Source: Acidimicrobiales bacterium
GTDB taxonomy: Bacteria > Actinomycetota > Acidimicrobiia > Acidimicrobiales > CATQHL01
Length of the DNA: 64,000 bases
Direction: 5' to 3'
NCBI GenBank assembly: GCA_965209115.1
Contig: CBDBQD010000001.1
Location: forward strand, 843,154-907,153
The position numbers were made by a program, and so were the translations under genes. Numbering within the stretch: the stretch's first letter is position 1; each line of letters starts with the position of its first letter. Under the pieces are notes generated by a model, which saw only the letters and a program-made list of their open reading frames with translations, was not told the DNA's origin and did no database searches. Shown here piece after piece: positions 1-8,995 of the stretch.

Positions 1-404
1 CCGCCGACCCGCCCCGCATCTCCCATGAACTGATGGGCGATGCCGACGACGTGGCGCGTCTGGCGAAGGGATGCGAGATCGCCCAGCGCGTCTTCGAGAC
101 CGAGGCCTTCGCCCCCCACCTCACGGAGCAGCAATTGCCGCCGGCCCCGCCCAGCGGTCCCGACGAGTGGGCTGCCTACGCGCGGGCCACCGCGGGCCTC
201 GCCTACCACCCCAGCGGCACCTGCCGGATGGGCAGCGACGGCGGCGCGGTGGTGGACCCGTCGCTGCGCGTGCGCGGCGTCGACGGCCTCCGGGTGGTCG
301 ATGCCTCGGTGATGCCGCGTATCGTGAGCGCCAACACCAACGCCACGGTGATAGCGATCGGCGAGAGGGCGTCGGATCTGATCCTCGCCGGCGACGATTC
401 CTAG
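1..404 (+). CDS. GMC-family (choline dehydrogenase-like) oxidoreductase, C-terminal fragment; 5' end lies upstream of the window
   Basis: Frame is open from the window edge (nt 3: ADPPRISHELMGDADDV...) and continues through track ORF 33-404. C-terminal GMC signatures HPSGTCRMG and RVVDASVMP. Stop at 402-404. Confidence 0.8.
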   Translation, partial: ADPPRISHELMGDADDVARLAKGCEIAQRVFETEAFAPHLTEQQLPPAPPSGPDEWAAYARATAGLAYHPSGTCRMGSDGGAVVDPSLRVRGVDGLRVVDASVMPRIVSANTNATVIAIGERASDLILAGDDS

Positions 405-438
405 AAGACTGCTGAGCAATGCTGCCGTCGCCCCGATT

Positions 439-470
439 CGTCATTCCGGCGGAGGCCGGAATCCAGGTCT
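439..470 (+). repeat. REP-like palindromic element, copy 1 (cgtcattccggc-ggag-gccggaatccaggtct)
   Basis: 8-bp stem attccggc/gccggaat (443-450 / 455-462) with a 4-nt loop. Sits 35 nt after the GMC stop. Same consensus recurs at 8963, 33431 and 48337. Confidence 0.6.
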
Positions 471-522
471 CGGCCACGAGACCGGCTTCGTCCGTCGATT
501 ACTCAACACACTAGGAGGGACT

Positions 523-1650
523 ATGCAGACGCGTGCCGCGGTTCTGGAGGAGTTCAAGGCTCCGATGGTTGTGCAGGACCTGGAGTTGGATCCGCCGAAG
601 GCGAACGAGGTGCTCGTCGCCGTGCGGGCCTGCGGGTTGTGTCACTCCGACTACACCGTCCTGGTGGGCGACGTTCCCGTGGCGCTTCCGGTGGTGTGCG
701 GCCACGAGGCGTCCGGCGATGTGCTGGAGGTCGGGCCCGGGGTCACGAAGGTGTCGGTCGGTGACCGGGTCGCCCTCATCTGGATCCCGGCTTGCGGTCA
801 CTGCCGCTACTGCGCCCGCGGCTGGGAGTACCTCTGCAACCAGGGCGCCGGCGTGCTGGAGGGCGTGCAACTCGACGGCACGCACCGGTTCCACAAGGCC
901 GACGGCACCGACGTCTACCAGCTCACCATCCTCGGTGGCTTCTCGCGCCACACGGTGGTTCCGGAGGACTCGGTGGTGCCGATCCCCGACGACGTGCCCT
1001 ACGAGGTGGCCGGGACGATCGCCTGCCGTGCGGCCACCGGCTGGGGGGCGGTGGTCAACAGGGGCCGCGCGCAGCCCGGGGACACCGTGGCGGTGTTCGG
1101 GATCGGCGGCGTCGGCGCCTCGGCCATTCAGGGGGCGCGGATCGCGGGCGCCTCCTACATCTACGCCATCGACATCCTGGACTCGAAGCTGGAGAAGGCG
1201 GTCGAGTTCGGCGCCACGCACACGCTCAACATCGGCCGCCTCAGCCGCGAGGAGGTCGCCGAGGCCATCGGCGAGGTGACCAACGGGCAGGGCGCCGACG
1301 TGGCCGTCTCCTGTGTGGGCATCCAGACCACCGAGACGATCGCCAACGCCTACGCAGCCATCGCCAAGGGAGGGCGCTGCGTGCTGGTGGCGCCCGCCAA
1401 CATCACCCTCGACGAGGTGCGGATACCGGTGACCGACCTCGTGTTCTCCAACAAGGCCATTCAGGGGTGCCTGTATGGCTCAGCCAACTTCGGTGACGAC
1501 ATGCCGCGGATCATCGACCTCTACCGCCAGGGCCAGTTCCAGATCGAGGAGATGATCACCGCCCGCTACACGATCGACGAGATCAACGAGGGCTACGACG
1601 ACATGGTGGCGGGCAAGAACATCTGCGGGATGCTCATCCACGACCACTAG
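523..1650 (+). CDS. Zinc-dependent alcohol dehydrogenase (MDR superfamily)
   Basis: 375-aa ORF with catalytic-zinc motif GLCHSD, structural-zinc Cys cluster (CGHCRYCARG) and Rossmann GIGGVG. RBS-like aggagg upstream of ATG 523. Confidence 0.85.
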   Translation: MQTRAAVLEEFKAPMVVQDLELDPPKANEVLVAVRACGLCHSDYTVLVGDVPVALPVVCGHEASGDVLEVGPGVTKVSVGDRVALIWIPACGHCRYCARGWEYLCNQGAGVLEGVQLDGTHRFHKADGTDVYQLTILGGFSRHTVVPEDSVVPIPDDVPYEVAGTIACRAATGWGAVVNRGRAQPGDTVAVFGIGGVGASAIQGARIAGASYIYAIDILDSKLEKAVEFGATHTLNIGRLSREEVAEAIGEVTNGQGADVAVSCVGIQTTETIANAYAAIAKGGRCVLVAPANITLDEVRIPVTDLVFSNKAIQGCLYGSANFGDDMPRIIDLYRQGQFQIEEMITARYTIDEINEGYDDMVAGKNICGMLIHDH

Positions 1651-1690
1651 GGCTGCCGCCGGGGCCGCCTTCCGGCCCGGTCGGCCCCGA

Positions 1691-1707
1691 CCCCGCGCGT
1701 CGCGGGG
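1691..1707. terminator. GC hairpin between convergent genes (possible bidirectional terminator)
   Basis: ccccgcg-cgt-cgcgggg, a 7-bp perfect stem, between the ADH stop (1650) and the binding-protein stop (1732). No U-tract. Confidence 0.3.
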
Positions 1708-1731
1708 CCGGGGCGTCCAGGTTCTCCCGGC

Positions 1732-3379
1732 TCAGCCGAGGCCCCAGCGGGCCAGGAACTGTGCCTCGTAGTCGGCGACGCCGATGTAGTTGCCGCCGCT
1801 GTCGCGCACGATGCCGGTGGTCTCCGGCGTGATCACCTGCATCGGGAGCAGGGCGGTCTGCGCCTCGCCGAGGTCGTCGCCGACGAAGAACGCGGCCAGG
1901 ATGTCCACCTTGCGCCAGCCGATCATGTACTCGGGGGCGGCCACGAAGGCGGCCTCCTCACCGGCGGCGATGGCGGCGAAGTCGCCGGCGTTGGGGAGGG
2001 CGCCGGTGAGTTGCACCCGATCGGCCAGGCCCGCCTCGGCGATCGCTCCGGTCACGCCGATGCACAGGTCGCCGAAGCCGCACGCCACGTAGTCGGCGTC
2101 GGGGTTGGCCTGCAGCGCCGACCACGAGGCCAGGCACGTTGCCGCCCAAAAGGTCGGCGAACGACACGTCCACGATCTCCACGGTGCAGTTGGCGCAGGT
2201 CTCGGCCATGACCTCACCGATACCTGCGTTGAAGCCGGTCAGCACGGGCACGTCGGGCACGTTGAAGACGAGCAAGTTGGCGTTGCCGCCGGAGTCGGCG
2301 ACGATCCAACTCGCCAGGACCTGGCCGTAGGCGGTGGTCTGCGGGATGCCCTGCACCATGCCGTAGATGCCGTTGTCGGCGCCGCCCACCTCGTTCACCG
2401 AGGAGGAGTCGATGACCGGCACGCCGCGCTCGTTCAGCGTCGCGAGCGAGTCCTCGTAGAAGGCGTTCACCGAGCCCGAGATCAGCACCGCGTCGGGGTT
2501 CTGCGCCACCGCCTGGGCCATGGCGCCCGCAGTTCCCTCGGGTGTGAGATCGTGACCGATGCGGTCGACGGTCCAGCCCAGGTGTGCGGCGGCGTCGGTG
2601 ATGCCGTTGCCGACCAGCACGCAGCCCGGCGTGGGGCACTCGATCCAGATGAGCGTCTTGCCGGACTCCGGTGTTGCCGACAGAGGCGTCCGGGGTCCGA
2701 CGCTCGTCGGCGAATCGAGCAGGTCCGCGACGCCGACGGTGGCTTCGGCAGCGTCTGCCTGAGCGCGCGCGGCGGTGGCTTCAGCTTGTGCCGCGTCGGC
2801 TTGGGCCTGTGCTGCATCCGCTTGGGATTGGGCCTCTGCTGCCGCAGCGCGTGCCTCGTCGGCCTCGCTCTGGGCCGACTCGGCCGCGGACCGGGCTTCG
2901 TCGGCCTCGCTCTGGGCCTCCGACGCCAGCGCTCGCGCTGCCTCGGCTTCGGACTGCGCCGCGGCGAGGGCGGCCTCGGCCGACGCGATCGCCTCTTCGC
3001 TGCCTTCGGCGGTTGCCAGGGCCAGGTCGGCGGCTGCTGCTGCGGCGGCGGCATCGGCCCCCGCGGCGGCGGCGTCGGCCCCCGCGGCGGCGGCGTCGGC
3101 GCCTGCGGCATCGGCTGCAGCCTGCGCCGCGGCGGCATCGGCGCCGGCGGACTGAGCCTGCGCCGCGGCGGCGCCGGCCTCGGCACGGCCTGCATCGGCG
3201 GCCGCGGCTGCATCGCCGACGGCCTGCGTGTTCGCCGCAGCCGCCGCGGACGCGGCTCGCGCCTCGTCGAGGGCTTGCTGGGCGAGATCGCCGGCGGCTG
3301 AGTCCTCGGTGGCGCAGGAGGCTGCGACAATCGCCAGCACTGCGACGAGCAGCGGAAGCAGGAATCGAGTCTTCTTCAT
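1732..3379 (-). pseudogene. Sugar (ribose-type, PBP-I) ABC substrate-binding lipoprotein with long Ala-rich N-terminal tether; reading frame broken once near 2110-2130
   Basis: Start MKKTRFLLPLLVAVLAIVAASC (lipobox) at 3379 inside track ORF 1958-3451. The PBP-I-like body (GKTLIWIECPTPGC...VPVIDSS...) continues in a different frame in track ORF 1732-2217 (ALQANPDADYVACGFGDL...). The junction is GNVPGLVV / ALQANPDADYV. Confidence 0.7.
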
Positions 3380-3467
3380 TGTCTGACCTTCCCCTCGGGA
3401 GAACTCGGGGGATGGTACATGTTTCCCGGCCCAGCGGCCTGCGAGCCTCACCTACACTGCGCCGCGG

Positions 3468-4466
3468 GTGGCAGAGAGCGCAGAGACGACAACCCGGACA
3501 CGTCGGCGGTTCCACTTCGGCGTGGACCGCCTCAGCGGCATCTACATCTGGGGCCTCATCATCCTGATCTTCGCCCTGTGGGTGCCCGAGACGTTCCTCA
3601 CGACGACGACGCTGCGGGTCCTGGCCTCGGATCAGGCGGTGACGGGCATGGTTGCGGTCGGGCTGGTCGTGCCGCTGGCCTGCGGCGTCTTCGATCTCTC
3701 GATCGGGCACGTGCTGGGGTTCACCCTCGTGGCTGCCACGTGGATGAACGTGAACACCGGCATCAACATGGCCGTCGTGACCCTGATGATGGTTGCCATC
3801 GGCGTGGCGGTCGGGCTCGCGAACGCCCTCCTGGTGGTCAAGATCGGGGTCAACTCCTTCATCGCCACGCTGGCCATGAGTTCGATCCTGCAGGCCTTCA
3901 TCCTGTTCGTCTCCAACAACCGCCAGATCGCCGGTGAGTTCTCCGACGAGTTCAAGAGCTTCGGCCGCAACGTGGTGCTCGGGCTGCCGCAGCCGTTCTT
4001 CTACCTGCTCGGCCTGACGCTGATCATCTGGTTCGTGCTCGAGTACACGCGCAGCGGGCGCTACGCCTACGCCACGGGCGGGAATCCTGCGGCAGCGCGC
4101 CTCGCCGGCGTGCGGACCGATCGATTCGTCACCGTGTCGCTGATCGTCTCGGCCGCGGTCGCCGCGTTCGCCGGCGTCGTTCTGGCGGCGAAGCTCGGTT
4201 CGGCATCGCTGACCGCCGGCCCACCGAAGCTCATTCCCGCTTACACCGCCGTGTTCCTGGGTTCGACGCAGATCAAGCGGGGGAGAATCAACGCCTGGGG
4301 CACGCTCGTCGCCGTCTACCTCCTGGCGACAGGTGTCAAGGGTCTGCAACTCTCGGGCACGGAGGTCTGGGTGGACGATCTCTTCAACGGCGTCACGCTG
4401 GCGCTTGCAGTCGGGATCGCCGTATACCGCCGCCGCGGCGACTCGCCGGGGGGACTGGCGCCGTGA
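3468..4466 (+). CDS. Sugar ABC transporter permease (RbsC/BPD_transp_2-like)
   Basis: 332-aa, multi-TM hydrophobic ORF, divergent from the binding protein. Its stop overlaps the ATPase start (GTGA at 4463-4466). Confidence 0.85.
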   Translation: MAESAETTTRTRRRFHFGVDRLSGIYIWGLIILIFALWVPETFLTTTTLRVLASDQAVTGMVAVGLVVPLACGVFDLSIGHVLGFTLVAATWMNVNTGINMAVVTLMMVAIGVAVGLANALLVVKIGVNSFIATLAMSSILQAFILFVSNNRQIAGEFSDEFKSFGRNVVLGLPQPFFYLLGLTLIIWFVLEYTRSGRYAYATGGNPAAARLAGVRTDRFVTVSLIVSAAVAAFAGVVLAAKLGSASLTAGPPKLIPAYTAVFLGSTQIKRGRINAWGTLVAVYLLATGVKGLQLSGTEVWVDDLFNGVTLALAVGIAVYRRRGDSPGGLAP

Positions 4467-6007
4467 CGGACCTCGTGCGGGCCGGCGCGGCCGTCACCGT
4501 GGCCGGGGGCGAGTCTCTGCTCGAGGTCCGGGGCGTCTCCAAGGCGTTCGGGCCGACCGAGGCGCTCGTCGACGTCGACTTCGACGTCCGGGCCGGCGAG
4601 ATCCATGCCCTGGTGGGCCAGAACGGATCGGGCAAGTCCACGCTCGTCAAGATCCTCGCCGGTGTCTACGACCCGGACGGGGGCTCGATCGCGGCGGAGG
4701 GCAGCGAGTTCGATCCGCGCCGCCCCGGCGAGGCGCGCCTGCGCGGGCTGCGCTTCGTCCACCAGGACCTCGGTCTGGTCGACAGCCTCGACGTGGTCGA
4801 GAACCTCGCACTGGGGCGCGGCTACGACGTCCGCTTCCCCCGGCGGATCTCCTGGCGGCACGAACGGCACCGAACGAGGGCCGCGCTGGCCGAATTGGGC
4901 TACGACCTCGACGTCCGTTCCCTGGTCGGCTCGCTGCGGGCATCGGAGCGGACCGGCATCGCCATCGCCCGGGCGTTGGACGGCTGGGAGTCGGCGGCGC
5001 GCCTGCTGGTGCTGGACGAGCCGACCGCCTCGCTTCCCGAGGCCGAGGTGGCGCGCCTGTTCGACGTGATCCGGACGATCCGGGCGCGAGGCGTCGGTGT
5101 GATCTACGTCTCGCACCACCTCGACGAGGTTCTGGATCTGGCGGACCGGGTCACCATCCTGCGCGACGGCGCGCGTGTGGGCACATTCGCTGCGGATGAC
5201 CTGGACCACGACCGCATGGTGGAGTTGATCGTGGGGCGCGGCTCCGTGATCGCCGGCGGGGAGGCGGAAACACCGGGAGTGCCGGCCGAGTACGAGCCGT
5301 CGCTGGTCGTCGAGGATCTCTCCGGCACGGTGCTTCGCGGTGTGAGCCTGCAGGTCGGCGCCGGCGAGGTTGTCGGCGTGGCCGGCCTCACAGGTTCGGG
5401 GCGCGAGGAACTCGGCCCCGCCCTCTTCGGTGCGGCCGGACGCAGCGGCTCGGTGTCTGTCCGGGGGAACCCCGTGCCGGCCGGGCGTCCCGACCTCGCC
5501 GTCGCGGCCGGCCTCGGATTCGTTCCCGCTGACCGCAAGTCGCTGGGACTCGTCGCGTCCATGGTCGTGCGTGAGAACGTGACACTGGCCGACCTGCGCC
5601 CCTACCTGCGCGGGGGGATACTGCGGCACCGCAAGGAGCGTTCGGACGTCGACGCCTGGCTGGGCATGTTGGACGTCCGGCCGCGCAATCAGACGCTCGG
5701 CACGATGCGGCTCAGCGGCGGCAATCAGCAGAAGGTGCTACTGGCCCGCTGGCTGCGCATCCAGCCCCGTGTGCTGGTGCTGGACGAACCCACGCAGGGG
5801 GTGGACGTCGGAGCGAAGGCCGAGATCCACCGCCGGATCACCGACGCCGCCCGTGACGGCGCGGGCGTGCTGGTCTGCTCCACCGACAGCGCCGAACTGG
5901 TCCGGGTCTGCGATCGCGTGCTCGTCATGCAGCGCGGCGGGATCGGCGCGGAACTTCTCGGCCGTGATATATCAGAGGAGCGCATCGACGGACTCTGCCT
6001 GTCCTAG
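4463..6007 (+). CDS. Sugar ABC transporter ATP-binding protein, duplicated ATPase (RbsA-like)
   Basis: 514 aa. Walker A GQNGSGKST, second-half signature LSGGNQQKV, Walker B LVLDEPT twice. Confidence 0.9.
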   Translation: MTDLVRAGAAVTVAGGESLLEVRGVSKAFGPTEALVDVDFDVRAGEIHALVGQNGSGKSTLVKILAGVYDPDGGSIAAEGSEFDPRRPGEARLRGLRFVHQDLGLVDSLDVVENLALGRGYDVRFPRRISWRHERHRTRAALAELGYDLDVRSLVGSLRASERTGIAIARALDGWESAARLLVLDEPTASLPEAEVARLFDVIRTIRARGVGVIYVSHHLDEVLDLADRVTILRDGARVGTFAADDLDHDRMVELIVGRGSVIAGGEAETPGVPAEYEPSLVVEDLSGTVLRGVSLQVGAGEVVGVAGLTGSGREELGPALFGAAGRSGSVSVRGNPVPAGRPDLAVAAGLGFVPADRKSLGLVASMVVRENVTLADLRPYLRGGILRHRKERSDVDAWLGMLDVRPRNQTLGTMRLSGGNQQKVLLARWLRIQPRVLVLDEPTQGVDVGAKAEIHRRITDAARDGAGVLVCSTDSAELVRVCDRVLVMQRGGIGAELLGRDISEERIDGLCLS

Positions 6008-6072
6008 TGCCTTGACCTTCATCCCGCCTGCGGCATCCGCGCTCGCGGGACCCGACAAGCAAGGAGTGCCTC

Positions 6073-7488
6073 ATGCAGGAGTTCTCGCGGCTGTACATCG
6101 GAGGCGAGTGGACCGTTCCGTCGAGCGATGAGCGCATCGAGGTCGTCAATGCCTTCTCGGAGGAGGTCATGGGCCGCGTCCCGGCCGGTGGTGCCGCCGA
6201 CGTCGACCGTGCGGTCGCCGCGGCCCGCGCCGCGTTCGCCGGCTGGTCCGCGACACCTCTGGATGAGCGGCTCGGTGCCCTCGGACGGATCGCCGAGGGG
6301 ATCATGGCCCGCAACGACGAGTTGGCCCGGTCCGTCGTCGGCGAGGTGGGCACGCCGTCGATGATCGCTCCGATGTTTCAGACGGGGTTGGCCGCCGTGG
6401 TCTTCGGCGACAACGCGACGCTCGCCCCGGAGATCGAGATGGAGGCCACCGTGGGCGGCACCCTGACCGTGAAGGAACCGATCGGCGTGGTCGGCGCCAT
6501 CACGCCCTGGAACTTCCCGCTCGTTCAGATCGCCGTGAAGGTCGCGCCGGCGCTCGCAATGGGTTGCACCGTGATCGTGAAGCCGAGCGAGTACGCGCCT
6601 CTGACGGCTTTCATGCTCGCCGAGATCGTCCACGAGGCCGGCGTTCCTCCGGGCGTCTTCAACCTGGTGTCCGGGGCGGGACCGAGTGCCGGCGAGGCTC
6701 TGGTGGCGCACCCCGACGTGGACATGGTCTCGTTCACCGGGTCCACCGCCACCGGTCGGCGGATCTCCGCTGTGGCCGCGTCCACGGTGAAGAAGGTGAC
6801 ACTCGAACTCGGCGGCAAGTCGCCGCTCATCGTCCTCGACGGCGCGCCGTTGGCCGACGCGGTGGCGGCCGCAGTGCAGGGCTGCTACATCAATTGCGGC
6901 CAGATGTGCACGGCTTCCACACGATTGCTGGTGCCGGAGACGCAGCGTGACGAGGCCGCGGCGGCCGCGACGGCCATCGCCGAGTCGCTGGCGGTTGGGG
7001 ATCCCGCGGCGCCCGACACCGTGGTGGGGCCGCTCGTGAATGCTCGCCAGCGGGACCGGGTGCGGGAGTACATCCAATCGGGGATCGACGAGGGGGCGAC
7101 CCTGGTGACCGGTGGTGTCGAGCCCCCCGACGGCCTCGAGCGCGGCTACTTCATCCGTCCCACCGTGTTCGCAGACGTGACGATGGACATGCGCATCGCC
7201 CGCGAGGAGATCTTCGGGCCGGTCCTGTCGATCCTCACCTACACCGACACCGACGACGCCGTGCGCATCGCCAACGACACCGACTACGGCCTCGCCGCCA
7301 TGGTGTTCGGTGAGCCCGACGAGGCCATGGCGGTGGCACGCCGCCTGCGGGCCGGTTGGTTGGTGGTCAACGGCGCCGATCAGAGCTTCACGGCGCCCTA
7401 CGGCGGCTACAAGCAATCGGGTCTCGGCAAGGAGCTGGGGGTCGCCGGGCTGGAGGAATACCTGGAGCAGAAGGCGATCCACGTCTGA
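6073..7488 (+). CDS. NAD(P)-dependent aldehyde dehydrogenase
   Basis: 471 aa. ALDH motifs FTGSTATG, ELGGKSP and catalytic Cys context GQMCTA. RBS aaggag before ATG 6073. Confidence 0.9.
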   Translation: MQEFSRLYIGGEWTVPSSDERIEVVNAFSEEVMGRVPAGGAADVDRAVAAARAAFAGWSATPLDERLGALGRIAEGIMARNDELARSVVGEVGTPSMIAPMFQTGLAAVVFGDNATLAPEIEMEATVGGTLTVKEPIGVVGAITPWNFPLVQIAVKVAPALAMGCTVIVKPSEYAPLTAFMLAEIVHEAGVPPGVFNLVSGAGPSAGEALVAHPDVDMVSFTGSTATGRRISAVAASTVKKVTLELGGKSPLIVLDGAPLADAVAAAVQGCYINCGQMCTASTRLLVPETQRDEAAAAATAIAESLAVGDPAAPDTVVGPLVNARQRDRVREYIQSGIDEGATLVTGGVEPPDGLERGYFIRPTVFADVTMDMRIAREEIFGPVLSILTYTDTDDAVRIANDTDYGLAAMVFGEPDEAMAVARRLRAGWLVVNGADQSFTAPYGGYKQSGLGKELGVAGLEEYLEQKAIHV

Positions 7489-7513
7489 GCCGACGCTGAC
7501 CGGGAGGTGACCC

Positions 7514-8926
7514 ATGGACGACTACCGCGACCACGACGCGCTCGGATCGGCCGACCTGGTTCGAACCGGGCAGGCTTCGGCGGGGGAGTTGCTGGACGAC
7601 GCCATCGCCGCCGTCTCCGAGCGCAACGGTGCCCTGAATGCCGTCGTGACCGAGATGTACGACGAGGCCCGAGCCGAGATCGCCGCCGGACTGCCGGAAG
7701 GGCCTTTCACCGGTGTGCCCTTCCTGTTGAAGGACCTGCGCGCGGCCTACGCCGGTGTGCCGACGACGTCCGGCAGCCACTACTGGGTCGACAACGTGCC
7801 CGAAGTCGACTCCGAGACGGTGCGCCGGTTCCGCCGGGCGGGTTTCGTGATCTTCGGCAAGACGAACACGCCGGAGTTCGGGTGCTGCCCCAGCACCGAG
7901 GGCGCCCTGTTCGGCGCCACGCAGAACCCGTGGCGTGCCGGGTTCAGCGCCGGGGGATCCTCCGGCGGGTCGGGCGCCGCGGTCGTCTCGGGAATGGTGC
8001 CGGCCGCGCACGGCTCGGACGGTGGTGGCTCGCTGCGGATCCCGGCGTCGTGCTGCGGCGCGTTCTCGCTGAAGCCCACCAGGGGCCGGGTGCCCGCCGG
8101 CCCCACCTACGGCGAGGCCTGGAACGGTCTCAGTACCGAGGGGGTCATCACGCGCACTGTCCGGGACAACGCCGCCGTGCTGGATGCGATCAGCGGCCCC
8201 GCCGCCGGTGATCCCTACTGGGCGCCGCCGCAAGCCCGCCCCTACGCCGCCGAGGTGGCGACTGCTCCGGGAAGGCTGCGGGTCGCCGCGCAGCGTGAGG
8301 CGCTGAACGGGGCGGCGGTGCACGAGGACTGCGTCGCGGCGGTCGATCGTGCGGCGGATGCCCTGGCCGACCTGGGTCACGAGGTCGTCGACGCCGTTCC
8401 CTCCTATGACGTGAAGGGCATGGGTGACGCCTTCACGCTGCTGATCGCCGCCAACGTGCAGGCCGGGCTCGACCGGTACGGCGAGGAGTCCGGCCGGTCG
8501 CCCGGGCCGGGTGACCTCGAGCACGTGGTGGGCGTGCTGAGGAACATCGGCAGCGATCGCACGGCCGCGGACCTGGTCCGCGCCACGTGGGCGATGCACG
8601 GTGTGGGCCGGGACATCGCGCCGTTCTTCGAGACCTACGATGTCCTGCTCTCGCCGGTGGTTGCCACGCCGCCGCCGCCGCTGGGCGTCCTGGATCCCAC
8701 GACTGAGGACCTCAACGGCTACTTGACCGCCGTCTTCAACTTCATCCCGTTCACGTCGCTGGCCAACATCGCCGGTGTGCCGGCGATGTCGGTCCCCTGG
8801 GACCGCAACGCCGACAATCTGCCGGTCGGGGTTCATTTCACGGCCGGGCACGGGCGCGAGGACGTGCTCTTCCGTCTCGCCGCCCAGCTCGAGCGGGCGC
8901 ACCCCTGGCCCCTCCGGAGTCCATAA
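7514..8926 (+). CDS. Amidase (amidase-signature family)
   Basis: 470 aa. AS-signature GGSSGGSGAAV plus GSDGGGSLRIPAS. RBS gggagg before ATG 7514. Confidence 0.9.
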   Translation: MDDYRDHDALGSADLVRTGQASAGELLDDAIAAVSERNGALNAVVTEMYDEARAEIAAGLPEGPFTGVPFLLKDLRAAYAGVPTTSGSHYWVDNVPEVDSETVRRFRRAGFVIFGKTNTPEFGCCPSTEGALFGATQNPWRAGFSAGGSSGGSGAAVVSGMVPAAHGSDGGGSLRIPASCCGAFSLKPTRGRVPAGPTYGEAWNGLSTEGVITRTVRDNAAVLDAISGPAAGDPYWAPPQARPYAAEVATAPGRLRVAAQREALNGAAVHEDCVAAVDRAADALADLGHEVVDAVPSYDVKGMGDAFTLLIAANVQAGLDRYGEESGRSPGPGDLEHVVGVLRNIGSDRTAADLVRATWAMHGVGRDIAPFFETYDVLLSPVVATPPPPLGVLDPTTEDLNGYLTAVFNFIPFTSLANIAGVPAMSVPWDRNADNLPVGVHFTAGHGREDVLFRLAAQLERAHPWPLRSP

Positions 8927-8962
8927 GCAGGATCCGGCCCACCAAACCCCTCCCACCTCCGG

Positions 8963-8995
8963 CGTCATCCCGGCGAAGGCCGGGATCCAAGGTCT
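8963..8995 (+). repeat. REP-like palindromic element, copy 2 (cgtcatcccggc-gaag-gccgggatccaaggtct)
   Basis: 8-bp stem atcccggc/gccgggat (8967-8974 / 8979-8986). Lies between the convergent amidase and mftF genes and overlaps the last codons and stop of mftF. Confidence 0.6.
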
